A stretch of DNA of 64,000 bases, from NCBI GenBank assembly GCA_030148865.1, contig JASBSR010000040.1, positions 141,145 to 205,144 on the forward strand, written 5' to 3'. The notes below the pieces were generated by a model that ran no database searches, had not been told where the DNA came from, and worked only from the letters and a program-made list of their open reading frames with translations. The stretch comes from Gammaproteobacteria bacterium. GTDB taxonomy: Bacteria; Pseudomonadota; Gammaproteobacteria; SZUA-229. The translations under genes and the position numbers were made by a program. Positions 8,822-19,363 of the stretch are shown piece by piece. Within the stretch, counting starts at the first letter, position 1; every line of letters starts with the position of its first letter.

Positions 8822-9172
8822 TTAGAACAACGTAGCACCAAAAATTTTTATCTTCTCCTTTTCAAAGCCCAGCACCAGCCTGCCCAGCCATTCACTTTTA
8901 TCCTTGCTGTTCGTCTGTTTATAGAGCACCGTTACATACTCACCGCGACGGATGATACCAAGATATTCATAATCTGCTGACAGGTTTTTCGCCAGATCGC
9001 TCCTGGCAAACTGCTTACCCATCTCGATTTCATTCGCACCCATTTGCATAGCCGTTGAAAAATTTCGAGTGAAAGCACCGTAGTTTTGTTCATTCGAATA
9101 TTTAACAAGATCAGCCCACATCGGGTGCGCCACCTCTAAAATTTCTTCATCTGTTTTTTCAATAATATTCAT
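8822..9172 (-). CDS. Hypothetical protein
   Basis: 116-aa ORF filling the gap between aprA and the PPIase gene, same strand, plausible composition. Confidence 0.7.
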   Translation of the reverse strand: MNIIEKTDEEILEVAHPMWADLVKYSNEQNYGAFTRNFSTAMQMGANEIEMGKQFARSDLAKNLSADYEYLGIIRRGEYVTVLYKQTNSKDKSEWLGRLVLGFEKEKIKIFGATLF

Positions 9173-9248
9173 CTTTCTATTCTTCAGTTAAAACATGGTT
9201 AGTTTTGCAGGACTATCCATGATAAAAAGGCCGCATACTATGAAACAT

Positions 9249-9285
9249 AAAAAAAGACCAACACACAATATGTTGGCCTTTTTTT
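9249..9285 (-). terminator. Rho-independent terminator after aprA
   Basis: Minus strand AAAAAAAGGCCAACA-TATTGTG-TGTTGGTCTTTTTTT; a second perfect 10-bp hairpin lies at 9294-9317. Confidence 0.75.
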
Positions 9286-9330
9286 AAAGACAAGTAAAAA
9301 TCATTCCTGATTTTTACTCAGCTATAACCT

Positions 9331-11196
9331 CTATTCATCACCTACCAGGTGATAAAGAGGTGCTTTCTCCATTGTGTACTCACCAGTGTTGCGATCACGA
9401 TGGGAAACTGTCAGTACATGCCAGTTTTCATCATCCAGTTTCATCGCATCACCACGGTAGTAGTAACCAGGCCAACGTGTCTCCTTACGGAACAAGGTAT
9501 GCTGGAATACACTTTCGGAAGTCAGGTAACGATGTTTCAGTTCCCATGCACGTAACAGTTCATGGATATCCGAAGCAGCGATCATCTCCAGATCTTCGCC
9601 AAAAGTCTTCATTTTCTTAAGACCAATCTGGAGCAGCTTTTCGTTGGTCATGTAGTTGACACCAAAACCACCACAGTACTCGTCCATCATCTTCTGCAGA
9701 CGATCAAGACCCTGTCTTGGGTTGATGAAGTTAGGGTTAACAGTACCGGCAACCACTTCATTGCTATACACTTTATAAGTTTCTAATGGCTTGTAGATCT
9801 TATCTTTAAGATTAGAAATCTGCTCTTCAGAAACACGAATGCCTTCTGCTTTGCCATCATCAATATACTTACAGGCAGCTTTAGCAGCCAGACGACCTTC
9901 AGTGAAAGAACCCGATGAGAATGCGTGTGGTGTACCACCGACTGCATCACCGGCACCGAACAGACCTTCGACTGTGGTCATACGGTTGTAGCCCCAGAAA
10001 TACTCTTCAGGAGAAACATCTTCCGGACCCGAACACCATGCACCACAACCAGTGGCGTGTGAACCCATGACGTATGGCTCAGAAGTGGTTAATTCAGGGT
10101 TTTCGTATTTAGGATCAACGTCAGTTGCCGCCCAAAGTACTGCCTGACCAACAGTCATACCCAGGAAGTTGTGCCAGCCAATCTCCTCAAGATGCGGGTC
10201 CTGGAAGGCTTCCATGGTAACCATGTGAATTGGACCACGACCGGCATTCACTTCAGAGATAAATGCGTGGTTACGCAAACAGGTCGGGATTGGTTTATGG
10301 GATAAATGCTGGCCTTCGGTATCCAGATATTCTTTACCAACCATTTCCGTCAAAGCCGGGAACCACTTGGACTCATACTCTTCACCCAGACAGTTTTGGG
10401 TATAAGTCTTGAGATGCAGGAAGTAAGCGCCGACAGGACCGTAACCATCTTTGAATCGTGCCAGTACGATACGGTTTTCCATTTGCGTCATCTTCGCGCC
10501 AGCTTCGATCATCAGACCATAAGCAGAACCCGATGACCATGGTGCGTACCATACACGACCCGCGCCTTCACCAACTGAACGTGGTTTAAAGATGTTAGAA
10601 GCGCCACCAGCACCACAGATAACAGTCTTGGACTTGAATACGTGGTAGTTACCAGTACGTACGTTGAAGCCTACAGCACCTGCAACGCGGTTCGCTTTGG
10701 CATCATCCATTAACAGATGGGTTACGCAGATACGGTTGAATACTTTGTCTGCTGATTTTTTCGCGGCTTCGGCAACAATCGGCTTGTATGATTCACCGTG
10801 AATCATAATCTGCCAGCGACCTTCACGCATGTAGGTACCCGTCTTAGGGTTGCGCATTAATGGCAGGCCCCATTCTTCAAACTGGTGCACGGCAGAATCC
10901 ACGTGACGCGCCATATCAAATGCCAGGTCCTCACGCACCATCCCCATCAGATCCATACGCGCATAACGTACGTGATCTTCTGGGTTGTTTTCGCCGAAAC
11001 GTGTACCCATGTAACAGTTAATCGCATACAGACCCTGGGCTACCGCACCGGAACGATCGATGTTTGCTTTTTCAGCAATAACAATTTTTTTGTCCTTGCC
11101 CCAATATCTTGCTTCAAAGGCGGCACCGGTACCACCAAGGCCCGCACCTGCAACCAGGATGTCGATATCGTCTTCAATAATTGTTTTGTAAGCCAT
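9331..11196 (-). CDS. aprA: Adenylylsulfate (APS) reductase alpha subunit
   Basis: RSGAVAQGLYAINCY, WQIMIHGESYKPIVAEAA, WYAPWSSGS, MENRIVLARFKDGYGPVGA, FSSGSFTEGR, ETRWPGYYYR. Confidence 0.98.
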   Translation of the reverse strand: MAYKTIIEDDIDILVAGAGLGGTGAAFEARYWGKDKKIVIAEKANIDRSGAVAQGLYAINCYMGTRFGENNPEDHVRYARMDLMGMVREDLAFDMARHVDSAVHQFEEWGLPLMRNPKTGTYMREGRWQIMIHGESYKPIVAEAAKKSADKVFNRICVTHLLMDDAKANRVAGAVGFNVRTGNYHVFKSKTVICGAGGASNIFKPRSVGEGAGRVWYAPWSSGSAYGLMIEAGAKMTQMENRIVLARFKDGYGPVGAYFLHLKTYTQNCLGEEYESKWFPALTEMVGKEYLDTEGQHLSHKPIPTCLRNHAFISEVNAGRGPIHMVTMEAFQDPHLEEIGWHNFLGMTVGQAVLWAATDVDPKYENPELTTSEPYVMGSHATGCGAWCSGPEDVSPEEYFWGYNRMTTVEGLFGAGDAVGGTPHAFSSGSFTEGRLAAKAACKYIDDGKAEGIRVSEEQISNLKDKIYKPLETYKVYSNEVVAGTVNPNFINPRQGLDRLQKMMDEYCGGFGVNYMTNEKLLQIGLKKMKTFGEDLEMIAASDIHELLRAWELKHRYLTSESVFQHTLFRKETRWPGYYYRGDAMKLDDENWHVLTVSHRDRNTGEYTMEKAPLYHLVGDE

Positions 11197-11678
11197 TAGT
11201 AGTACACCCCTGCTTTCAATTTCAGGCCGTTTGATTTAAGCGTGTGCAAGCCACCCTCATCCATGCGGACATACTTAGGCTCGTTATACAATAGCTCACT
11301 GTCGCGCATTTCATTACTGGGTGCTGCTACTTCAGATAGCTGTGGGATACACGTTCCCCACGGCTTAGTGGTAATAGGTGCAAGCAGATCCATGTCTTTT
11401 TTGCCGTTGCGGAACTTGATGCGCCACGCAATCGTGCCTTTTTCTTCATCACGGTGCACGCGTACCGAGTGACCCAGTGGTGCGAAATCCGCATAGCCGC
11501 GCACATCAATCGCGTGGTGAGGGCAGGCTTTTACACAGGAATAACATTCCCAGCACATGTTTGGCTCAATGTTATAAGCACGACGCAGAGTTTTGTCGAT
11601 GTGCATGATGTCAGATGGGCAGATATCAACGCACTGCCCACAACCATCACATCGAGTCATATATACAAAAGTTGGCAT
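11196..11678 (-). CDS. aprB: APS reductase beta subunit (2x[4Fe-4S])
   Basis: MPTFVYMTRCDGCGQCVDICP...CWECYSCVKACP...VRGYADFAP; TAATG overlap with aprA. Confidence 0.98.
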   Translation of the reverse strand: MPTFVYMTRCDGCGQCVDICPSDIMHIDKTLRRAYNIEPNMCWECYSCVKACPHHAIDVRGYADFAPLGHSVRVHRDEEKGTIAWRIKFRNGKKDMDLLAPITTKPWGTCIPQLSEVAAPSNEMRDSELLYNEPKYVRMDEGGLHTLKSNGLKLKAGVYY

Positions 11679-11714
11679 AATATTCTCTCTTTCTTAAATT
11701 GTTCTTAAATTAAT

Positions 11715-12566
11715 TTAGTAGTGGTTTGCTGGCTCACGTCTAATACCATGTCCCATGTACGCTGGATTCTTACCCATGTACTCCGGAATATCCGGGAATT
11801 TTGCCTGTACCGCAGGATCGGTCAGATCATAATCAGCCGGCAAATTCTCTCTTGAACCATCGGCCTGGGTAACACGTTTCTGGAACGCGGCAGCGGGCTT
11901 AAAGAACATATGCGCGAACTTCGACCACAATACGGTGGCAAACAGTGTCGTATTTGAAACAATAAACAGAACCAGGAACAGGGTTGACCATCCTTCAATG
12001 CCTTGCGACTGGGTAAAAGACCAGAGCAATGCGAACGTCGCGGTGGTGAGCAGCGAAACAATAAACAGATCCGCACGCTCGAAACGATACCATGAAAGAC
12101 CTTCCGCAGAAACGTCAACACGGATAAAGAACCAGAACCAGTAGCCGCCAAAGCAGAGCATCAGCGCACCTATATGCCAGAGTTGTGGCAGGATTTCAGG
12201 TGTCGCAGTCTCAGGAGTTGCATAACCAAAAATCATAATCGCAGTAGTCGCCACGAATATGATGAAGCCGTACATGGTGAAAAGATGGGAAATTCTGCGT
12301 TTTGTATTGCAGAATTCACCGGAAGTTAGCACTTCTTTCGCTAGCACCTGAACTGCGATCGAGGCTTTTTCACCGGTACCGACTGTGCGCTTTGCAGATT
12401 TTTTGGCTTTTTTCGCGTTTTCGAAAAAATACTGCGCGCTTTTCTTATGGATCATATCAAGTACGGTCCCGCCGACTACCAGCAGGATCATCAAGATGAT
12501 ATACCCCTGCATGACTGTGGCGGGTATTGACGCCGAAAGCTCGGCAAAGGGATTGCTCATGAACAT
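11715..12566 (-). CDS. aprM: APS reductase membrane anchor
   Basis: Multi-TM protein directly upstream of aprB; LDMIHKKSAQYFF, RRISHLFTMYG, WSKFAHMFFKPAAA; GAGGAG RBS. Confidence 0.93.
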   Translation of the reverse strand: MFMSNPFAELSASIPATVMQGYIILMILLVVGGTVLDMIHKKSAQYFFENAKKAKKSAKRTVGTGEKASIAVQVLAKEVLTSGEFCNTKRRISHLFTMYGFIIFVATTAIMIFGYATPETATPEILPQLWHIGALMLCFGGYWFWFFIRVDVSAEGLSWYRFERADLFIVSLLTTATFALLWSFTQSQGIEGWSTLFLVLFIVSNTTLFATVLWSKFAHMFFKPAAAFQKRVTQADGSRENLPADYDLTDPAVQAKFPDIPEYMGKNPAYMGHGIRREPANHY

Positions 12567-13086
12567 TTGGTTCTCCTCAATTTTTGATGCGTAAGATTAT
12601 ACTCAAATCGGTTAGCCGTCGAGCATAGTAAAATTTATTGCCCTATACAAAAAACTCCATTCCCCCGCGAAGTCACCACTATTCTTTAATTTGGCCGTAC
12701 AATATTGGGGCTGGAGAGCTAATTGCGGCTGGAGTGCGAATATACCCTAATATTGGACAGAATTGTGCTCTCAGCGCCTATTTTTTACTCACCAGCGAGC
12801 TGATACCGCAAAAAACCATACAAAATGCAATGTCATTACCAGCACGAAGGCATAAATATCATAAGTCATTGTTTTTAAATTGCAGAGCTGAGATCACCAT
12901 AAATCAGCCGGACAATAATAAGGTGTGATGCTTTACACCACGCGATGGTCTGGCAGATACAAGATTTAAATCCTTCGCAAAGACGGGACTCCTTCACTTC
13001 GCTCAGGACACTTCGCACAGCCAGGCGCCGTGGCCCAGGATGTCAGAAATGGCCGCCGGGGGCGCGCAGAAGTACGCCACCCAGGA

Positions 13087-13710
13087 CCCGATCTTGCCGC
13101 ATTTGCCAGCCTCACCCGGGGCATACAGCTGGAACTGGTCACTACCGACGAAGAACTAGATTTGAAAAAACGTGAAGCAGATGTCGCGATTCGTCTCACG
13201 CCAACACCACCTGAATACGCCGTTGGTAAGCGCATACTGACACCAGGCCGATCGGTATACGCCTCGCACACCTACATCGAACAACACGACTCACTCAATA
13301 ATCCTGAGAAAGTACACTGGATCGGCTGGGATGATACTGATCCAGCACCGCAATGGATCAAAGACAGCAAGTCCCCCAATACGCCGGTCCATCACCAGAG
13401 CGGCAAGCTTCATGTGCAGATCGAAGCCGCGAAATCAGACCTGGGGCTGGCGATGTTATCCTGCTTTATTGGCGACGCCGAACCCGAGCTGCAAAGACTA
13501 TCATCGGAGACTTCAAACACCTGTGGAGACATATGGATTTTGACGCACAAAGATTTGCGCAACGCAGCGCGCGTCCGCGCCTTCATCAATTTGATAGTAA
13601 TCGCGCTGGATAAACACCGTGACCTCATAGAAGGCAGACAATGCACCCAGACGCCAGTCACGCAGAAATCCAGACCCACACCCCGGAACTCTGAACTAAC
13701 TCTGGCATAA
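13087..13710 (+). pseudogene. Truncated LysR-type regulator (substrate-binding domain only)
   Basis: PDLAAF...IQLELVTTDEELDLKKREADVAIRL...DIWILTHKDLRNAARVRAF is a LysR effector domain; no HTH-coding sequence was recognised upstream. Confidence 0.7.
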
Positions 13711-13726
13711 TCCACACTGACTGCGG

Positions 13727-14695
13727 TTAATGCACTCCCAGTAACTGCACACTGAACATTTTCGCTGGGTCGGTCCAGACTTGCTCGACCGCGAAACCCG
13801 CCTTTCCGGCCAGTCGGGCAAATTCATCGAGGCTGTACTTGTAGGAGCTCTCGGTGTGAATGCTCTCTCTGGCTGTTAGCTCGAAGACTTCATCATCGAG
13901 CATGATCGTCTGTCTGCGTTCACTCACCAGATGCATTTCTACCCGGCTTTGCTCCGGGTTGTAGAAAGCCTGATGGTGGAAGGCATCGAGTTCAAGTTCA
14001 GCTGCCAGCTCGACCTGGATACGTTGTAATAAATTGAGATTAAACGCGGCGGTAACACCGGCTGCATCGTTATAGGCACGGTTTAAAATTACACTATCTT
14101 TTTTCAGATCGACACCGATCAGCAATTTTCCGCCCTTGCCAACACAAGCGGCCACCTGCCGCAAAAACTGTAGCGCCGATGTCGGTTCAAAATTACCAAT
14201 ACTGGAACCGGGGAAAAACGCTACCACCTGACCACGTTGCGCCTGTACAGGTAACTCCAGCTGCTGCGAAAAATCGGCACACACCGCGTGCACTTCCAGT
14301 TCGGGATAATCCTGTGCCAGACGCCGGGTTGATAACAGCAAAAACTCTTTTGAAATATCCACCCCCATGTAACTCGCAGGTGATAAGGCATCGAACAGAA
14401 CCCGGACTTTTTCACTGGCACCGCTGCCGAGTTCCACCAGCACCGATTCGGCCCCGATCAGCGCCGCAATCTGCCGCGCATTATGCTGCAGAATACTGAT
14501 CTCGGTTCGCGTCGGATAATATTCGGGCTGCAAACAAATTTCATCGAACAGTTCAGAGCCACGCTGATCGTAGAAAAACTTGGGCGATATTTTTTTCGGC
14601 ACGCGCGACAGACCTTCGACCACCTCGGCGAGAAAGTCACTGCCCGTGGGCGCATAATCGTGAAACTTAACCTGACGTTTGGCGACTGTGCTCAT
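13727..14695 (-). CDS. egtD: L-histidine N-alpha-methyltransferase
   Basis: PKFFYDQRGSELFDEICLQPEYYPTRTE, LVELGSG, FPGSSIGNF, AYNDAAGVTAAFNLN, IHTESSYKY. Confidence 0.95.
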   Translation of the reverse strand: MSTVAKRQVKFHDYAPTGSDFLAEVVEGLSRVPKKISPKFFYDQRGSELFDEICLQPEYYPTRTEISILQHNARQIAALIGAESVLVELGSGASEKVRVLFDALSPASYMGVDISKEFLLLSTRRLAQDYPELEVHAVCADFSQQLELPVQAQRGQVVAFFPGSSIGNFEPTSALQFLRQVAACVGKGGKLLIGVDLKKDSVILNRAYNDAAGVTAAFNLNLLQRIQVELAAELELDAFHHQAFYNPEQSRVEMHLVSERRQTIMLDDEVFELTARESIHTESSYKYSLDEFARLAGKAGFAVEQVWTDPAKMFSVQLLGVH

Positions 14696-15984
14696 GCGTC
14701 CTCCGCGAGGCGTATGCCGCTGAACTGCCAGCGGTCGGCGGGATAAAAGAAATTGCGATAACTCGCGCGAATATGGTCTTGCGGAGTGGCAAACGAGCCA
14801 CCGCGCAATACCATCTGGCTACTCATGAACTTGCCGTTATATTCACCGATGGCACCGGCTGCCGGACGATAGCCCGGATAGGCGCGGTAAGAACTCGCAG
14901 TCCATTCCCAGACATCACCGTAAAGCTGTGTCATCTGATTCGATTGCGCGGGCAGAGTTTGCAGTGCCGCCTGCTCGCGTAAATTACCGGCAATAGTGTG
15001 CTGACTGGCAACCTGCTCCCATTCAAATTCTGTCGGCAGGCGTTTGCCCGCCCAGCGCGCATAAGCATCGGCTTCGAATAAACTGACATGGCACACGGGT
15101 GCCGCAAGATCTATCGCCTGCATACCCTGCAAACTAAACTGCCACCAGTTATCATCGCGCCGTTCCCAGTACAGCGGTGCCAGCCAACCCTGCTGTTGAA
15201 TCACAGCCCAGCCTTCGGACAGCCAGAACTCGGAACGCCGATAACCACCATCATTAATAAATTCAAGATACTCGGCATTGCTGACCAAACGACTGGCGAG
15301 CGCAAAATCTTCCAGCCAGACTTTGTGGCGCGGGCCTTCGTTATCGTAAGCGAAGCCATGGCTGTTACTTACATCGTGACCGACTTCGATCAGGCCACCG
15401 GAAAAGTTTTGCCAGGCCAGGGACACAGGCATGGCGCTGGTTTGTTTCAGCTTTGTAGATCGGGTCTCGAGGTAAGCAGGTTTTAGCGGATTATGCGACA
15501 GGATATGTTTGATGTCAGTGTAAAGCAACTCCTGATGTTGTTGCTCGTGGTTAAGCCCCAGCATCAGTAAAAATTCAAGCTCACGGTAATGCGACTCATC
15601 CAGCGTAAGCAGTAATGCTTGCATCGCTGAGTCAACAGTTTCGCGATAGTGCAAAATGTCTTTCAGAGTTGGTCGCGAGAGAAAACCACGCTGTGCTCGC
15701 GTAAACGGCTGGCCGTGGGTTAAATAATAAGAGTTAAACAGATGATCATAAGCAGGATGAACCGCTGTGTAATGCCTGGCAAAGCGGGTAAGTAAAAAGG
15801 TTTCAAAAAACCAGGTGGTGTGCGCCAGATGCCACTTTGGCGGGCTGACGTCCACCATAGTCTGAATACAATGATCTTCAGTTTCCAGCGGCGCGCATAT
15901 CGCAAGTGACTCGCGACGTATCGCTGAATAAGCATCCAGCAATTGTTCGCGCGGTATCTGTTCCGCCCGGCGTGCAGTGCTCAT
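14692..15984 (-). CDS. egtB: Ergothioneine sulfoxide synthase
   Basis: SPPKWHLAHTTWFFETF, HEQQHQEL iron ligands, FGE-like C-terminal domain (RLPTEFEWE, GDVWEWT, RGGS, RNFF); ATGA overlap with egtD. Confidence 0.95.
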   Translation of the reverse strand: MSTARRAEQIPREQLLDAYSAIRRESLAICAPLETEDHCIQTMVDVSPPKWHLAHTTWFFETFLLTRFARHYTAVHPAYDHLFNSYYLTHGQPFTRAQRGFLSRPTLKDILHYRETVDSAMQALLLTLDESHYRELEFLLMLGLNHEQQHQELLYTDIKHILSHNPLKPAYLETRSTKLKQTSAMPVSLAWQNFSGGLIEVGHDVSNSHGFAYDNEGPRHKVWLEDFALASRLVSNAEYLEFINDGGYRRSEFWLSEGWAVIQQQGWLAPLYWERRDDNWWQFSLQGMQAIDLAAPVCHVSLFEADAYARWAGKRLPTEFEWEQVASQHTIAGNLREQAALQTLPAQSNQMTQLYGDVWEWTASSYRAYPGYRPAAGAIGEYNGKFMSSQMVLRGGSFATPQDHIRASYRNFFYPADRWQFSGIRLAEDA

Positions 15985-16144
15985 AATCCCTCCTGCTGTT
16001 CAGCTGCGCTGCTGTTTCAGTACCTGACTGCGGCGGTTCGCAATCCTTACCAAGACCATCAGAGATAACTGAGTAAATTACCTTAGCAGCTCTATTCAGG
16101 ACATGCAAAATACAGCCTGTACACTGCCTGCCGCTGCACAATAT

Positions 16145-16837
16145 CTAAAAACCACCACCCCAGCTATCGCGTTTGCGCCATTTAATGCTGGGAATAATCA
16201 AACCTAAAAATAAACTAATTAGTGTGACGCCGCCACCGATGACAAACCATTCTTTGATACTGCGATCACGCAACTGCGTATTCTCGGCCTGTACTGCGGT
16301 GAACTCAGTTTTAATTGCAGCCAGTTTGGTTTCCAGGTTTTTGTTCTGTTGCGCAATCGCCACTGGCCGCGATGCCAGCTGCTTAAGTTCGGTGAGCTGC
16401 GTGGCGATAGCGTCACGATCTTTTTCCAGTGTTCGATTGTCACTTTCCAGCTGTTTTATACGCGCATTCAATTCAGAAATATCACCCACGCTCTGCTTAA
16501 GATCTGATTTCAGGGTTTCAATTCGTTTATTAAGCGTCACCAGTTGCGCGCGTGCACTCGGCGATTTCATCAACTGCTCGGTTTTCACCCAGCCATCTTT
16601 ATCGTCAGCCTGAACGTGTTGATAATTCCCGTCATCACTCGCCTCAAGCACTTCCAGCGCCGTCCCGCTGGGTAAAAAGCTGATAATACGATGCTGCATG
16701 GTGGCACCACTGCGCAGCGGCACGGTGAGCTCATCACTGACGTACAGGGTTTCAGCCGACGCCATCGCGGCCGAGCCGAACAGGGCGAGAAAAAAACACT
16801 GGGTCATACATCGCAATACAGATTTTCTGATCATCAT
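16145..16837 (-). CDS. TIGR04211-type SH3-domain membrane protein (YgiM-like)
   Basis: Signal peptide, YVSDELTVPLRSG SH3b domain, coiled coil, C-terminal TM (WFVIGGGV) and KWRKRDSW tail. Confidence 0.88.
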   Translation of the reverse strand: MMIRKSVLRCMTQCFFLALFGSAAMASAETLYVSDELTVPLRSGATMQHRIISFLPSGTALEVLEASDDGNYQHVQADDKDGWVKTEQLMKSPSARAQLVTLNKRIETLKSDLKQSVGDISELNARIKQLESDNRTLEKDRDAIATQLTELKQLASRPVAIAQQNKNLETKLAAIKTEFTAVQAENTQLRDRSIKEWFVIGGGVTLISLFLGLIIPSIKWRKRDSWGGGF

Positions 16838-17118
16838 GGCTAGAGTCTGGATTTTCTGGCTAGGTTGTTGCTGGTTTTGTGGCTATGGCATGGTCTGGCT
16901 TTTTCAGACAGCAGGTTTTTATTGTGGTTCAGCCAAATGCAAAACCAGTTTTGTATTAAACGCAAGCCCCGTAGGACAAAGCAGATAGCAAACAGGCTCA
17001 CGATATGGGCCTTTTTGCAAACCGATCGAGACTGCCAGAATCCGTTTCTGAAAACTGAAGTGGCAATACTTAGCAGCGAACAGCGAACCCGCCCACCCTG
17101 GCAGCTGTCAGAAGGCGG

Positions 17119-18546
17119 CTAGTCCCTGTAGGCGAAGACACTATCGGCGTCATCTTCGTGACGCTCTTCAACCCATCTCAACTTGTTGTGCAGAGCCACG
17201 ACTTCACCGACAATGATCAGCGTCGGTGGCTTGATGTCTTCTTTGGCAATCACATCTAACAGGCTATCCAGGGTGGCGGTGAATACGCGTTGCTGTGGTG
17301 TCGTGCCCTGCTCCACCAGCGCTACCGGAGTGGTCGCGGGCAGGCCATGGGCGACCATTTCCCGGCATAAAGTCGGTGCACCGTGCAGGCCCATATAAAA
17401 CACCACGGTCTGATTGGGGTGCGCCAGCGCCTTCCAGTTGATAGCCACCGAACCGTCTTTGAGATGGCCGGTGACAAAAACGCAGGACTGGGCATAATCA
17501 CGATGCGTTAAGGGAATGCCGGCATAACTGGAACAGCCACTGGCAGCGGTAATCCCCGGCACAATCTGAAACGGAATACCTTCTTCGGCAAGCTCTTCGA
17601 TTTCTTCACCGCCGCGACCGAAGATAAACGGATCGCCGCCCTTGAGCCGCAGCACGCGCTTGCCTTCTTTGGCGAGACGCACCAGCAGCTGATTAATATT
17701 TTCCTGGCGCATGGTGTGTTTGTCGCGTTCTTTGCCAACATAGACAATCTCGGCATCACGACGTACCAGCTCCATAATCGCGGGCGATACCAAACGGTCA
17801 TAAACCACGACATCGGCCTGCTGCATCAAACGCAGGGCACGAAAGGTGAGCAAATCCGGATCACCCGGGCCGGCACCAACCAGAAACACTTCACCGGGCA
17901 CATCGGGAATCTCTGCCGCGCCATCGACCGCTTTCTGCAGGGCAATGCCGGCTTCTTTATCGTGGCCAGTGAACACCAGTTCAGCGACGCTGCCTTCGAG
18001 AATGTGCTCCCAGAAAATCCGGCGTTTTTCGACGCTGGGAAAAGCCGCTTTCACCTTGTCGCGATAGGACTCGACCAGCGCACCGAGGCGGCCATAAGCC
18101 GCCGGAATCATACCTTCGAGTTTGGTGCGAATCAGCCGCGCCAGCACTGGCGAGGCGCCGCCGGTGGAAATCGCGATTTGCACCGGCGAGCGATCGACTA
18201 TCGAGGGTACGATGAAACTGCACAGCGGCTGGTTATCAACTACGTTGACCGGGATATTCTGCGCCTGCGCCAGCTCAGAGACGCGCTGGTTGACACCCGC
18301 ATCATCGGTCGCCGCGATCACCAGCGCCCTGCCCTCGAGATCACCAGCCTCGAAGCCACGCGCGCTGTATGCAATTGCCGCTGAGTCGGCCAGAGCCTGG
18401 AGTTCGCCACACAGCTCGGGCGAGACCAGCGTAATGCGGGCACCGGCCTTGTTAAGCAGCGCCACCTTGCGCGCTGCCACCGAGCCGCCACCAACCACCA
18501 GACAGCTGCGCTGACTGACTTTCATGAAAACAGGTAAGTAATTCAC
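17119..18546 (-). CDS. cysG: Siroheme synthase (multifunctional)
   Basis: MNYLPVF...[52 protein letters not shown]. Confidence 0.97.
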   Translation of the reverse strand: MNYLPVFMKVSQRSCLVVGGGSVAARKVALLNKAGARITLVSPELCGELQALADSAAIAYSARGFEAGDLEGRALVIAATDDAGVNQRVSELAQAQNIPVNVVDNQPLCSFIVPSIVDRSPVQIAISTGGASPVLARLIRTKLEGMIPAAYGRLGALVESYRDKVKAAFPSVEKRRIFWEHILEGSVAELVFTGHDKEAGIALQKAVDGAAEIPDVPGEVFLVGAGPGDPDLLTFRALRLMQQADVVVYDRLVSPAIMELVRRDAEIVYVGKERDKHTMRQENINQLLVRLAKEGKRVLRLKGGDPFIFGRGGEEIEELAEEGIPFQIVPGITAASGCSSYAGIPLTHRDYAQSCVFVTGHLKDGSVAINWKALAHPNQTVVFYMGLHGAPTLCREMVAHGLPATTPVALVEQGTTPQQRVFTATLDSLLDVIAKEDIKPPTLIIVGEVVALHNKLRWVEERHEDDADSVFAYRD

Positions 18547-18596
18547 ATTATCTCTCGTGCGACATCATTATGACGCAGGCTAGTGGGCTACAGCGC

Positions 18597-18860
18597 TCAG
18601 CTGGCGCCAAGCAGGCTGTCAAGCTCACCGCTCTGATTAATCGCAGAAAGATCGTCAAAACCACCGACATGGTGTTTACCGATGAAAATCTGCGGCACGG
18701 TGCGCCGTCCAGAAGCTTCGATCATATAATCGAACATGGCGGGGTCTTCATCGACCTTGATCAGCTGATATTCAATGCCTTTGCTGCTGAGCAATCGCTC
18801 AGCAGCGACACAATATCCGCAAAAACGGCTGGAATAGACTTTAACTTCTGGCTTGGACAT
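18597..18860 (-). CDS. grxC: Glutaredoxin 3
   Basis: CGYC active site, RRTVPQIFIG, HVGGFDDL. Confidence 0.9.
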   Translation of the reverse strand: MSKPEVKVYSSRFCGYCVAAERLLSSKGIEYQLIKVDEDPAMFDYMIEASGRRTVPQIFIGKHHVGGFDDLSAINQSGELDSLLGAS

Positions 18861-18890
18861 ATTGCACCTTTATATTAGCAAACCCTTATA

Positions 18891-19277
18891 TCATAGACCG
18901 GCGATCACTGCCTGCAGTTTTTGCCGCACTTCACCTGCGATTGTCCCCAACGAGGGGTTCTCGATCGCCTGCATGGATGCGATGGGATCGACCGCCGAGA
19001 CTTCGACACTGCCATCATCGTGCTGCTGCACGATGACATTGCAGGGCAGCATGGTGCCGATTTTATCCTCGGCCTGTAGCGCCTTGAGTGCGTAGCCGGG
19101 GTTACAGGCACCCAGAATGGTGTAGCGATTCAGGTCAACATCGAGTTTTTTCTTCATGGTGGCGCTGACATCAATCGTCGTCAGCACCCCGAAACCGGCT
19201 TCGCCCAGCTCAGCGGTGACCCGCTCAATGGCAGCGTCAAAATCATCATTAACAGTTTTGGAAAAATAATAGCTCAT
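18891..19277 (-). CDS. DUF302 domain protein
   Basis: GFGVLTTIDV, YTILGACNP, IGTMLPCNVIV, VSAVDP motifs. Confidence 0.9.
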   Translation of the reverse strand: MSYYFSKTVNDDFDAAIERVTAELGEAGFGVLTTIDVSATMKKKLDVDLNRYTILGACNPGYALKALQAEDKIGTMLPCNVIVQQHDDGSVEVSAVDPIASMQAIENPSLGTIAGEVRQKLQAVIAGL

Positions 19278-19363
19278 AGGTCACCTCTCTCTGCAAACAA
19301 GCTGTGCATTATACCGGAATATGGCGACAGCTGAATCCGCCTTAATGGGTGTTAAAAATATGA

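Noticed and set aside
12638..13271. Short ORFs 12638-12928, 12945-13175 and 12966-13271 as genes or the missing LysR HTH
   Set aside because: No HTH or other motif and no convincing RBS.
14692..15984. Selenoneine (senA) or ovothiol (ovoA) synthase
   Set aside because: No senB/selD neighbours, no C-terminal methyltransferase domain, and it is coupled to egtD with EgtB-type motifs.
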